A stretch of DNA of 64,000 nt. Source: a virus. The position numbers and the translations under genes were made by a program. Shown here in pieces: positions 34,450-45,200 of this stretch. A model generated the notes under the pieces. It had not been told where the DNA came from and searched no databases. It saw only the letters and a program-made list of their open reading frames with translations. Where the stretch lies: IMG/VR virus record IMGVR_UViG_3300002301_000012, positions 30,041-94,040 of that record; one strand, 5' to 3'. How positions within the stretch are numbered: position 1 is the first letter of the stretch; each line of letters opens with the position of its first letter.

Positions 34450-36657
34450 ATGGCCGATACGATACTGTCCGCTGGAACCCGCGTTGATCTGTCAGGCATT
34501 CAAAGCCTGCGTGCTGAACTTGCTATTTTGCAGGCGACGTACAGCGCAGTATCCGGTGACATTCGGCAGTCCGTCAATCGCGTTGTCGACGCAGAGCGGC
34601 AAGCAACGGAGGCGATTGCAGCAGGCCACACAAAGCTGGCCAGCGTTTTGCAGTCGGCTGCAAACAGCGAACGCGCATCACTCGACAGCCTGATCGCGAA
34701 GCAAATCGAAGTCAAGAACACGATGGAAGAAATTGCAGGTTCCAGTGGCCATGCAGTTTCAGAAATTCAAGCTGTCAGCGGAACGATTCGAACTTTGGAT
34801 GGTAACGGTGGCATCAGGGCTGCGGAACGTTTTCTTACTATGATTCCAGGCCTAGCACCGGCATTACAGGCTGCTTTTCCTGTAGTTGGTGCTCTGGCTT
34901 TCGGAAAAGTGCTTCTGGAAACCATAGATAAATTTGGTAAAGCTTCAGAAGCTGAGAAGAAGTTCGCTGAAGACAACAAAAAGCTGGATACGGAGATGAC
35001 CAGCTTAGAGGGGCACATACAATCATTAAACGTAGAGCTTCAAAAGCTTACGTTTAATGCGGCAGCAGGCGAAAAACTGAAAGGTATTTACGATCAGCAG
35101 CAAGCCGATGCTGATATGGATCATCTGAAAGCGACCGAACGTCAAATTAAGTTTATTCAACAGGAAATCAACCAAGCACAATCAGTGGCGGCAATCGGTG
35201 GTAAGTTTATCACCAAGCACTGGCTTGGGATGGATGTCGACGAACTTAAAAACCAGTTATCGCTGGCACAAAAGGAAATTGATAAAACACAAGAAGAGAT
35301 CGTTCTGGACAACAAAAAGGCCGAAGTAGCGAAAGCGCAACAGGCCAAAGATGCCATTGAGGAATCCAAGAAGGCCAACGAGAAAAAGCTTGAGGAAGCC
35401 AAAAAGTCCTTTACCGAGTTGTCTGAAGAAAGGGACAAAGCTCTTAAGTTCATCAAAGACCGTGATCTGAATTTGTTCGAATTTTACGCTGAAGAGTTTC
35501 GAGCGCAGGAAGAAGCGGATCGCAAGGCGGAAGCGGAACAAAAACGTCACGACGAGGCACTTGCTCGTCAGTTCGACGAGGAAATGAAGGTCATCGTTGA
35601 CAACGCCAAGCAGGCAGCGGAAGTCAAAAAACAAGCGATTCAGGATGCCAATTCGGCAGCCAGTGAAGCGCGGTCGCGAACAGAGACCTCCGGTTCTATT
35701 TCCGGCGATAACCTGGAGGCGCAGCGTTCGCGTGTGGAGTCAGCGTCGAAGGTCAGCGGTAAGGGAGGCGGCTCGGCGCAATCTGAAGTTAATTACCTTG
35801 AGCAGTTGCGTGTCATCGACGCTGAAATCATTCAGGAAAAGTGGAACACGGCAAGTAAGATTTTAGCCATCGACCAGGCTGCCGCTGCCGAAGACCCGTC
35901 GAAAGAGAATCTCAACCGCGTTCAATCTGACATAGCAAAGCTCGCTGCCATTCAGCGTGAAGGCGCATCGAAGATGGCGACAGACAACGCTGCTATTCTG
36001 AACGTCGAGCAGGAGCAGTATAAAAAGTTTTTCGACAAGATCAATCAGGAAGCCACCAAGGCTTTCAACGACTTGCTTCAGCATCCGAAGAAGTTCACGC
36101 AGGACTTGAACAATATCTGGCAGGGAATGGTCACGAGCTTTGCTGACTATCTGCTGAAGCTCGGACTGAAATGGGTAGAAAAAATTGCGCTTCAGGAAGC
36201 TCAGGAGCTTGGTCTTAACGCTGTTTTGCAGGCGTTGCATTTAACGGCAGCGGCAAGCCAGCAGGCCACAACAGCCGCAGCTAACTCACTGTCCGCGCAA
36301 AGTGCAGCAGCATTGGCTGCGACGAATACCTTTGCCTGGTACAGTGCTGTCGATCCGCTGATTGCTCCGGAAATGGCAGCTATCGCATATGCGGAAGCTG
36401 AAACCCTTGCAGCGCCAGCCGCACTTGAGACAGGTACGAACTATGTGCCTAAAGGCGGCTTGTACGAACTTCATCAAGGTGAAGCTGTAGTTCCGAAGCC
36501 GTTCAATCCCGCTGCTGGTGGTACAGGCGTCGGAAACACATTCAACGTGACACAGCACATAAATGGTGGTGTGCAACATTCACCGGGACAGATCGCAGAC
36601 ATGGCAGTCCAGAAACTGCAAAGCTTTGCGCGGCGGTCGAATATGAGGATGGCTTGA
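34450..36657 (+). CDS. Tape measure protein
   Basis: Ala/Glu/Lys-rich helical protein ending GTNYVPKGGLYELHQGEAVVPKPFNP; canonical position. Confidence 0.9.
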   Translation: MADTILSAGTRVDLSGIQSLRAELAILQATYSAVSGDIRQSVNRVVDAERQATEAIAAGHTKLASVLQSAANSERASLDSLIAKQIEVKNTMEEIAGSSGHAVSEIQAVSGTIRTLDGNGGIRAAERFLTMIPGLAPALQAAFPVVGALAFGKVLLETIDKFGKASEAEKKFAEDNKKLDTEMTSLEGHIQSLNVELQKLTFNAAAGEKLKGIYDQQQADADMDHLKATERQIKFIQQEINQAQSVAAIGGKFITKHWLGMDVDELKNQLSLAQKEIDKTQEEIVLDNKKAEVAKAQQAKDAIEESKKANEKKLEEAKKSFTELSEERDKALKFIKDRDLNLFEFYAEEFRAQEEADRKAEAEQKRHDEALARQFDEEMKVIVDNAKQAAEVKKQAIQDANSAASEARSRTETSGSISGDNLEAQRSRVESASKVSGKGGGSAQSEVNYLEQLRVIDAEIIQEKWNTASKILAIDQAAAAEDPSKENLNRVQSDIAKLAAIQREGASKMATDNAAILNVEQEQYKKFFDKINQEATKAFNDLLQHPKKFTQDLNNIWQGMVTSFADYLLKLGLKWVEKIALQEAQELGLNAVLQALHLTAAASQQATTAAANSLSAQSAAALAATNTFAWYSAVDPLIAPEMAAIAYAEAETLAAPAALETGTNYVPKGGLYELHQGEAVVPKPFNPAAGGTGVGNTFNVTQHINGGVQHSPGQIADMAVQKLQSFARRSNMRMA

Positions 36658-36658
36658 A

Positions 36659-37342
36659 ATGAGTACGCCGATTCTGGAACCTTTGCCAGGTCTTGTCAGC
36701 GATTACAAGCGCAGTGCAACTTGGGAAGGACTGCTCGTTCAGACATCTGCTTCTCAACTGGAAGCGCGAATGCAGCAGCAAAGTTTTGATCGATACTCGT
36801 GGGATCTTGAGTTCAACTACCTGGGTCTTCAGCAGCGCGGCACCTACACGGATGCCATCGCGGCGAAGAACTATCAGTACCTGATGGGATTCTACGCACA
36901 GCAGGGCGGCGGTCTTCTCAGCTTTTTCTATCGTGACCAGGAAGACAACAATACCGGCAGTGGTTCATCGAACGCAGCTTTCATTGCAACCGGCGATGGT
37001 TCCACATTGGCGTTTCAGCTTCAGCGGCCGTTTGGCAATAACTTTCAGCCGGTATACGGCATCGACACTCGACCTGCTATCACTTACGGGCCGTACTTAC
37101 AGCCCGCTGCGCTGACGCCGCAGGCATATGTTGCGGGTTCGCCTGTTAGTGCCAGCTTCGCCACGGAAACCGGCATTATGACGCTTGCCAGTGCATCAGG
37201 CACTGCTGGTCAGCCGATCAGTGCGGTATTCTCTTATTTATGGAGAGTTCGGTTCGTGGAAAACTCGCTGGAGTTCGACCGGATGTGGAACGCTTACTAC
37301 AGCCTGAAGAGCTTCAAAATCATACAAGTACTCGCGCCATAA
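36659..37342 (+). CDS. Distal tail protein (DUF2460, GTA-like)
   Basis: RYSWDL.F..L, L.GFY...G...SF.Y.D..D, GDGST..FQL and VRF..N.L motifs. Confidence 0.85.
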   Translation: MSTPILEPLPGLVSDYKRSATWEGLLVQTSASQLEARMQQQSFDRYSWDLEFNYLGLQQRGTYTDAIAAKNYQYLMGFYAQQGGGLLSFFYRDQEDNNTGSGSSNAAFIATGDGSTLAFQLQRPFGNNFQPVYGIDTRPAITYGPYLQPAALTPQAYVAGSPVSASFATETGIMTLASASGTAGQPISAVFSYLWRVRFVENSLEFDRMWNAYYSLKSFKIIQVLAP

Positions 37343-37345
37343 CGC

Positions 37346-37750
37346 ATGTTTAAAGTCGCCAATCTGGAAACAACTGACGGTGGACACCTGACGGTACAGA
37401 AGAATCTGAACCTGCATGGTGCGCAGAAGATGGAGCACTATGCGCAGGAGGCGGCGCTCGGATACTTTCGCGAAACGACACTGGTTTGGACGTATGCCTG
37501 CATCACGATTTACGGCAACTCTACAACGATCACGAACGAACTGAATCGCATGGCAGAGGAAGGATGGACGCACTATCTGACATGCGGCAGCCGTGGGTAC
37601 TTCAAAAAAGCTGTTGAAGAATCAAATCCAGAACCAATGCCAGCGATTCCAGCGCCGAAGCCGGCCACTATATTCAGCACCTCCAGCAACGGCCACGGAA
37701 CCGGTTCATCTAATGGAAAGAACGGCAAGCACTCAGCAGGTCGAAAATGA
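37346..37750 (+). CDS. Hypothetical protein inserted in the tail-tip module (DUF4177-like)
   Basis: ELNRMAEEGW...YFKK; coupled to its neighbours. Confidence 0.55.
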   Translation: MFKVANLETTDGGHLTVQKNLNLHGAQKMEHYAQEAALGYFRETTLVWTYACITIYGNSTTITNELNRMAEEGWTHYLTCGSRGYFKKAVEESNPEPMPAIPAPKPATIFSTSSNGHGTGSSNGKNGKHSAGRK

Positions 37751-39285
37751 AATCAGCATCCGCTGCGCTTATCGCTTTTCTCGACCAACCGGATCTGGCA
37801 TTCTATGGCGCTGACATCTACACGTTCACGCTTCAAAATGGTACGGTGTTTCGCGCCAGCACGTTTGACAGACCGATCAGCTACAGCGGCGCAATCTATC
37901 CAGTTGCACGCGCGGCGGTGAACCAGCAGTACGCGATTACCGGAATCACGCAGGCGTCGATTGCGGTTTTGACGATTGACGGTCATCCGTTCACTGTCGG
38001 CGATCCATTTCAGGTTACCGGTGTATCCGGCATGACGCAGATCAACGGTCTTCAGGGATATGTCACCTTTGTGACGCCGAACACCATTGCAGTAACGATC
38101 AATAGTTCTTCGTTTTCCGCTTATACCTCGGGCGGCGTGGCAACACTTCTCAGCGTCCCGACGATTAGCAGATCGAAGGTTTCCATGGGTGTGGGACTAA
38201 AGGCTTCAAAGGTCGACATCGCCATTCAGGCAACACCTGAAACGCTTGTGAATGCGCAGCCGATGCTGACTGCGATTGCGCAGGGAATGTTTGACAATGC
38301 CTACGTGTCGATTCGACGCTGCTTCATGACTTATGGAGATGTGACGTACAACGCCGATCAATTGAACGGTCCTGCAATTTGCAATCTGACAGGATCGCCG
38401 TTTGGGACCGGCGACGGCACAATTCTGTGGTTCGCTGGTTGGGTTGGCTCCATCGACGACATCGGCACACTTTCTGCCAAGATGGAAGTGCGCGATCTGA
38501 TCTATTACCTGAATCGGCCAACGCCCAAGAACCTCATCAGCATCGGCTGCTGGCACCAACTGTTTGATGCAGGCTGCACTTTAAGTCCTTCAGGATCGTA
38601 CAACAGCATCAATTTTACGCAGACTGGCACGGTACAGGCCGGATCGACAGCGCAGGTCATTAACACAAATATTTCTGTTGGTGCGGCTCCATCTGCGCCG
38701 GCCAGTGCGCCGACCATTTTCGATCAAGGCAACCTCGGAATCAACATCGCTGCTCAGCAGTATTACGCGAAGGTAACGTACGTCTCGAATACAGGCGGTG
38801 AAAGTCTGCCGTCGCCGGAAGCAACCATTTTTCTGGCTCCATATCACGTTCCCGGCGTCAACTCGCCACCATCTGCAACCGGTGCAATCGGATGGAACTG
38901 CTACCTTGGCGATGCATCGGGCGACGAGCAGATTCAAAACGGCACTCCGATTGCAATCGGTACACACTACCTTGCGCCGAACGTAGGCATCAGCCAGAGC
39001 GGCCAGTTTACGCCAGCTTTCGCTTCCACCGGCTACTGGTCGCAAGGCGTGATAACCTTCACCAGCGGCGTCCTCAGTGGCCTGAGCGCGTTCGTCGAAA
39101 CATCCAACGATGCCACTGGCCAGATGGTTTTGCGCGTTCCTATGATCGCTGTACCATCGGTCGGAGATTCGTTCTCCGTACAAAGTGGCTGCGCAAAATC
39201 TTATGCGATCTGCAACCTGAAGTATGGAAACACAGCGCATTTCACAGGACTCCCATTCGTCCCAACTCCCGAACAGGGATGGTAA
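37747..39285 (+). CDS. Baseplate hub (DUF2163/BR0599-like) with FCCH-like and FN3-like insertions
   Basis: MKSAS..L, ADIYTFTL.NG, G.FDNA, C.H.LFD.GC and GC.K....C..KY.N..HF.GLPFVP motifs. Confidence 0.88.
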   Translation: MKSASAALIAFLDQPDLAFYGADIYTFTLQNGTVFRASTFDRPISYSGAIYPVARAAVNQQYAITGITQASIAVLTIDGHPFTVGDPFQVTGVSGMTQINGLQGYVTFVTPNTIAVTINSSSFSAYTSGGVATLLSVPTISRSKVSMGVGLKASKVDIAIQATPETLVNAQPMLTAIAQGMFDNAYVSIRRCFMTYGDVTYNADQLNGPAICNLTGSPFGTGDGTILWFAGWVGSIDDIGTLSAKMEVRDLIYYLNRPTPKNLISIGCWHQLFDAGCTLSPSGSYNSINFTQTGTVQAGSTAQVINTNISVGAAPSAPASAPTIFDQGNLGINIAAQQYYAKVTYVSNTGGESLPSPEATIFLAPYHVPGVNSPPSATGAIGWNCYLGDASGDEQIQNGTPIAIGTHYLAPNVGISQSGQFTPAFASTGYWSQGVITFTSGVLSGLSAFVETSNDATGQMVLRVPMIAVPSVGDSFSVQSGCAKSYAICNLKYGNTAHFTGLPFVPTPEQGW

Positions 39286-39412
39286 TATTTTGGATGGGAA
39301 GGAACACCGTCGCCAACTTGAATGGCTGCGTCTTGCACACGCAGCCATTTTCATTTTCTGTTACAGTGCAAGTCCGAACTGAAGTACACTAGTCAATGAA
39401 AGGAGGTTAACC

Positions 39413-39706
39413 ATGGCTGATGAAACGAAGGACTGTAGCCTTCGGGTCGGTATGGCTGTAATATACGTTGATCCTGTCGGAAGACAGCACAATGCTTTGA
39501 TTACAGCCTGCTGGGGTAAGCTGGAAGATGCTCCATGCATCAACTTGCTGTACGTGTCTGGCGATGAGTCCAAACAGGACTCATACGGTCGTCAGATTGA
39601 GCGGCATTCGTCCTGCTCGCACAAGACCCGTAATCCTGCGCATGGAAATTATTGGATGCTTAACGGTGATGTGCCGAATCCTGTAATTCCACTAACAGCA
39701 AGGTAA
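39413..39706 (+). CDS. Hypothetical protein (moron-like insert)
   Basis: AAGGAGG RBS; VG..V.Y.D..G....A.IT..W....CINL. Confidence 0.75.
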   Translation: MADETKDCSLRVGMAVIYVDPVGRQHNALITACWGKLEDAPCINLLYVSGDESKQDSYGRQIERHSSCSHKTRNPAHGNYWMLNGDVPNPVIPLTAR

Positions 39707-39792
39707 AAAGCAGAATCCGGCATCGTGGAACCTTAACGGAACCGTAAAACGATGCGGGTGATGCAATTTCAGACCAGAGCAGACTTAAAGCC

Positions 39793-40248
39793 ATGTTGAC
39801 GACCTCAGAAGCACGTGCGGCGGTGGTGTCAGAAGGAATGTCCTGGATGCGGACACCGTTTCACTTGGGAGCGCAGTTGAAAGGCATTGGCGTCGACTGC
39901 ACCAGTTTTATTCTCGCCTGTTATGGCGCTGCTGGTATTGCCTTAGAGATCTCGCCTCAGCCAGTGAAAAAAGACTGGTTTCAGCATCGCGAAGACGACC
40001 GTATAATAGCTCCCGTTCGCGCACACGCGCACGAGGTGCAATCGGGGCTACCCGGTGACCTTGTACTGTTCAAGATTGGCATGTCGTGGGCGCACGCGGC
40101 GGTTGTGCGCGAATGGCCAATACTGATTCATGCGAAGTGGTACTCCGGCGTGCAGCTTATTGACGTGACACAGTTCGAACTGCGGAAACTGCCACGGCTG
40201 ATATTTTCTCCGTGGCCAGAAGAAGAAAAGCCGGAAGCCCAAGGGTAG
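39793..40248 (+). CDS. NlpC/P60 tail-tip peptidase
   Basis: W..TPFH..A..KG.GVDC, PGDLVLF, HAA and LIHA motifs. Confidence 0.9.
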   Translation: MLTTSEARAAVVSEGMSWMRTPFHLGAQLKGIGVDCTSFILACYGAAGIALEISPQPVKKDWFQHREDDRIIAPVRAHAHEVQSGLPGDLVLFKIGMSWAHAAVVREWPILIHAKWYSGVQLIDVTQFELRKLPRLIFSPWPEEEKPEAQG

Positions 40249-40519
40249 GAATCCGGCTTTCTTATCGAACAAACCGCTGAATGTAGGGATGGCAGCCTGA
40301 ATGAATACTGACAGGTCGCCGTACGGCAATGCACTCAGTGTACTATGGCAGGTGCGAATTTGCACATCGTCGTGTTAATATTCGTATCGAAAACATGCAC
40401 AGGCATAGACGACGGAGTTGTTCATCTTCGGCCAAGCAACTGATCTGGATAGCTGTTTTGTTTTCAGTTGGGCTGGCTTTGTCTGCATTCGATCATCATT
40501 ACTTGTGGTTGGTTCCGTG

Positions 40520-41017
40520 ATGATGCAGAATCTTCTCACGCCAGAAGGATCGAAGTGGCTCGATACCTTTATGAAGTCGACGGCCTTCGACGCGCTGAAA
40601 ACGGCTTTATTGTTTTTCGTTGGACTCGGTGTCCATCGTCTTCGGCGGTCCATCAAGACTTTCCGGCCTGAATTGATTGAGGATGTGGCTCACAAGACAG
40701 TGCCTCTTGTCGCAAGCGAACTCAAGCTCCACATAGACGAGTCGGTTCGGCCGGGGATCGTCAATGACGTCACCGCTCACGTCGACAGTACTATTCGCAT
40801 CCACGAAGAGTCAGTCAAGATCAAATTACAGGCTGCCATGTCTTTGCACGAAGAGGACGATAATCGACGATTTGCGGAAGCTGAACGCCGGTCCGAAGAA
40901 GCGCGTATCGAGGCGCGGGTTCGCCACGAAGACACCAATCGCAGAATCGATCACGTGATAGCAATTGTCGAAAATTTAGGACCATTTCGAACGTCGCGCT
41001 CGAACGGCGACGATTAG
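40520..41017 (+). CDS. Single-TM coiled-coil protein (possible holin-type)
   Basis: One hydrophobic helix followed by a charged helical tail. Preceded by a small TM ORF at 40395..40520. Confidence 0.55.
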   Translation: MMQNLLTPEGSKWLDTFMKSTAFDALKTALLFFVGLGVHRLRRSIKTFRPELIEDVAHKTVPLVASELKLHIDESVRPGIVNDVTAHVDSTIRIHEESVKIKLQAAMSLHEEDDNRRFAEAERRSEEARIEARVRHEDTNRRIDHVIAIVENLGPFRTSRSNGDD

Positions 41018-41218
41018 TGTTCTGAAAATAGAACGTCATTTACGGTTACACTGATGATTAAGTGGACCGTTTCACAAAAATACTGGTCGGAATCGGAAGC
41101 GCCGTATGGGGCGTCCACGGCATATTGGAAGCGGTCAAGGCATGGATGGCCGGCAAATGGAAACAAAAACTTTCCCGTGTTCTGAAACCTAAGTAATTTT
41201 GGTTGTATACTGAGTTCC

Positions 41219-41368
41219 ATGGATAAACACGTATTCTCAGGCGATGGCGAGCACTGCGGACATTGCGGATCTGAACCGGATAACCCAGTTCACGAGCAAC
41301 CGAAAGAGCCAATCGCGCATCCGAACGCGCCCCCGTTCGACCCAGGAAGTGGTCTGCCACCTGAATGA
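41219..41368 (+). CDS. 49-aa His/Cys- and Pro-rich peptide
   Basis: MDKHVFSGDGEHCGHCGSEPDNPVHEQPKEPIAHPNAPPFDPGSGLPPE. TATACT lies 7 nt upstream; ATGA overlap with the next gene. Confidence 0.55.
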   Translation: MDKHVFSGDGEHCGHCGSEPDNPVHEQPKEPIAHPNAPPFDPGSGLPPE

Positions 41369-41943
41369 ACGCTAATCTATTTATCGTCGCTGTGGCCGTA
41401 ATCTACGCATCTATCGGCTTGGGCTGGCGAACAGCACCGTGGCAGTGGCGCATTTGGGCGCTGTTCTACGGCATAACTGAACTGGCACTTTACGAAGCTC
41501 TCCGCAGTCGCTTAAGCCATGTCTATCCTCCACTCTGGTACGCCCAGCAGTTCGGCACAGCACTTCTGTTGATCCCAGTCGTTCGCAAGACTATCAATCC
41601 GGCCATCAACCTCGTCGTCGTCAGCGGGATTATCGCGCTTATCTTCAGCGGAATCATCGCGCAGGCTCACCACTGGCCCACCAGCCACATGGAAACCGTG
41701 ATGGAAGTGTGTGGAACGGTTACGCTGATGCTCGGGTTTATCGCGGCCATCGGATCGATTGCTGTGAAAACGTTCGACGCTTACATCCTGGCTGGCTTTC
41801 TGCTGCTGTACTCCGCACTGATGCTCGGCGGCTCGGACTATTTGCAATCTACGGGGATCGGCTGTGCGTGGAGTGTGCTGGAGATTGCATCGTTCGGCGC
41901 GTGGGCTGTATACTATCGATCATGCAAAGGCAAGAGGCTGTAA
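41365..41943 (+). CDS. Polytopic membrane protein (~6-7 TM)
   Basis: Multiple hydrophobic helices across 192 aa. Confidence 0.8.
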   Translation: MNANLFIVAVAVIYASIGLGWRTAPWQWRIWALFYGITELALYEALRSRLSHVYPPLWYAQQFGTALLLIPVVRKTINPAINLVVVSGIIALIFSGIIAQAHHWPTSHMETVMEVCGTVTLMLGFIAAIGSIAVKTFDAYILAGFLLLYSALMLGGSDYLQSTGIGCAWSVLEIASFGAWAVYYRSCKGKRL

Positions 41944-42140
41944 AGCAGATCGTTCGCATTCTGCAACAGCACACGACCGTGCCTGTCGAGGAAGCCTCAA
42001 CGCTGGAAGAACTCTGCATCGAATCGCTGGAATTCATTACAGTCCTTTGGGAAATCGAATCGGCGCTGGATCGCACGGTCGAAATGATCGAATTCAGCAA
42101 TATCAAGACTGTGACCGAACTGGCACAACTTTTCATTTGA
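41922..42140 (+). CDS. Acyl carrier protein-like
   Basis: V..IL......V...TLEELCIESLEFITVLWEIE..L...V......IKTV.EL matches the ACP pattern with the phosphopantetheine Ser retained. Confidence 0.75.
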   Translation: MQRQEAVKQIVRILQQHTTVPVEEASTLEELCIESLEFITVLWEIESALDRTVEMIEFSNIKTVTELAQLFI

Positions 42141-42217
42141 CGGAGCGGTTCGAGTCCGCTCGCGCCTTCCACAAAATTCAACCATTACGCACTGTGAATG
42201 ATTTATCATAGATTTCA

Positions 42218-45200
42218 GTGAGTCTGTTCAAAACACCAAACGATCCGAACGCTCAGAACGCGGATACTGCGGCGTACTCAAACTACACGACGCAGACGAG
42301 CGTAATCGGCGGTGCGCTGCCAATTGTGATCGGTAAGGCGCGGCTGGCTGGTAACGTAATCTGGATCGGAGACTGGACGTCATCTGTTCCCGGCGGCAAT
42401 TCCAAACTCAGCGGCAAAGGCAGCGGCGGTGGTAAAGGCGGCCAAACTTACAACTATACTGCCAGCTTTGGCATCGTGCTTTGCCAAGGTGGGCCTGCGC
42501 CGGCCATCCTTGGCTCTGTGTGGAAGGACAGGTCGACGTACGTTCCTGAAGGCGTGCAGTCGCCAACACCTGGCTATTTTTCGACCGGACTGATCGGCCA
42601 ATCGCCGTGGCCTTACCTGACATCGAGCAAACCAGCGAATCAGGCGCTCGGATACTCCGAGATGGTTGTGGCCTGGTACGAGAATGCAAACCTCGGCAGC
42701 GGCGGCGCAATCTCAAATTACAGCTACGAGATCACTGGTCAGGCTGCGAACGTTGGCAATGTAAATATTGCTTCAGACGGCGTAAGCGTCACATGGGGAG
42801 GCGACGGTGCGCAGTTCAATCCATTGATCGCGCTGACCGGAACCATAGTGATCAGCGGGCTGACGTACAACTGCACCTGGCACAGTCCGACATCCTTAAC
42901 GCTGTCTACCAGCTACGGTGGTTCTGCGACTGGATTGTCATACAGTGCATTGCTGGGACCGGATGCGCTGGTGTCTGACGCCATCACGTTCATGTTGACA
43001 AACTTCAATTGTGCCAACATGAATCCGGCATATCTGGGAAGCATGGCGGGTGCAGGCGGTCTGGCGAACTATTGCATCGCCAATGGCCTTGGAATTTCGC
43101 CGATAGTCAACAATCAGGACACCTATTCGAGCAGGCTTACAGAGTGGCTACTGGTCTGCAATTCCGAAGCGTTTTCCTCTGAAGGTCTGATCAAGTTTGC
43201 CACTTACGGCGATACTGCAATCACTGGCAACGGCGTTACTTTTACGCCCAATCTGACGCCTGTTTACACGCTCGGACTCGATGACTTCGTTGTCGGTAAG
43301 AACACCAATTCGCCACCTGTTCAGTTCTCGCGAGTGGCTGCGCAGGACATCAATAACCGCATGGTGGTCGAATGGACCAATCGCGGAAACCAGTACAACA
43401 CGGAAACGATGGACGATGAGGATACGTGGTCCATCGACTATCAGGTTGGCCAGCGCAATACAGGGTCAACGATCTCCGTTCACAGTGTGTGTCTTCCCAC
43501 AGTGGCGCAGCAAGTGCTTACGGTGCAACTGAAGCGCAACGTGTACATGACGCGCAAAGCGTCCTTTACTCTTGGCTGGGCTTACTCTATTCTGGAACCG
43601 ATGGATCTGGTGCAGGTGCCGGAGCAGTATCCGTCCACCGATTACGTTGCAGTCCGCATCCTGACCATCGACGAAGACGATAACGGCAATCTGGCGATGA
43701 CGGGGGAAGTGTTGCCATTCCCGATCTTAACGCCATCGCTTTACCAGAAGCAGCAGTCAGGCGGATTCACTGCCGGATTTAATGCTTTACCCGGCTCGAC
43801 CAATGTGCCGGTATTTTTTGAGGCTACTCAGCAAATGCTGAATCAAAATCTCGTAACGCAGCTCACTCTTTTCATTGCACTGTCCGGAGGACCGAACTGG
43901 GGCGGATGCGCCGTTTACGCATCGACGGACGGCGGTGCCAGCTACGACCAGGTAGGAACGCAGAATGTCGGATCGCAGCAAGGCTCGCTGACTGCCAGTC
44001 TGGCGGCCGTCGTTGATACCAACGTGCCAGACACAACGCACACACTGAGTGTCAATCTGCAAGAATCGCTTGGCGATCTCGATACTTACACGCAAGCGGA
44101 AGCAGACAATAACGTCTCTCTGTGTGTGGTCGATCAGGAGTTGATGAGTTGGAAAACCGCAACGTTGACTGGTTCGAACGCTTTCAATTTGACGTACCTG
44201 CGGCGCGGTGTTTTCGGATCTCCATGCACAAGCCACGCGAGCGGTGCGTTCTTCGCTCAACTCAGCGGTGGAGAGGCATTCCAGTTCGATTACCAGCCTG
44301 CCGGTGCTTCTGGCATCGCATCGCAGGGTCCGCGCGTCGGACAGACGATCTACTTCAAGTTTCCCGCTTTCAATTTATCTGGACAGCAGCAGGAGGAGAC
44401 ATCGGCAGTCACTGCATATCCGTACACGCTGACTGCACCCTATGTGCGTCCACCGCTGAGCCTGAAGCCGTACTCGCAGGTTTACAGCTTCGCGCCTTCT
44501 GGATACGGCTATACACTGGCACAACAGAACGGCGGATCTTCTGTTGAAATAGAAGGCACCCCGCCTGTTAATTCATTTTCAAAATCAGTGACTGCACCAT
44601 CGATTGACTTCACAGCAACAGTCTCCGCTAATGCATTCGGCTTGATTCCAGCTGGGACATGGGTAGCTCAAGTTTTTGCTATTGATTCGTCTGGACTTTA
44701 CAGTACAGGTTCTAATTTGACGGAGTTTGTTTCTCCGGGGTTCGGCTATCAGGCGGCTTTTTCGGTTTCGTGGTCTTCATCTGCTGTTGCTTATGAAATC
44801 TTTACAGGAACTTCTTTGAATAATATGTTCGGCATGGGTAAGGTAACGCCCGGTTCTATACCTTCATCTCTTACGCTAACATCCATAGCGAATGGTGGCT
44901 ATGGGCCTCCAGACCAACAGGCCACTAATTTTCATGCGCGTGCGAAGCAGGTAATTCACGGCGGTATCGCAGCAACTACCATAGTCTCATCAACATTTAC
45001 GACTGTCGTGATCAACTGTCCCTCAGCACCAGCTTCAAATGAGTTTGCGAATCGCCAATTGATACTGGTCAGCCGTGCAGGTCTTCCTGCAACGCAAAGC
45101 TTCCCGACGCAGCAAATCAACGGTAACGACACAGGGACGCCATTGTGTACGCTAAACATTACCAGTCCAGGTGGTTCGTTTTACAATCCAGGCGATCTGG

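Noticed and set aside
39793-41017. Lysis cassette
   Set aside because: NlpC/P60 sits in the standard tail-tip position and no endolysin or spanin is recognisable. The holin call is only tentative.
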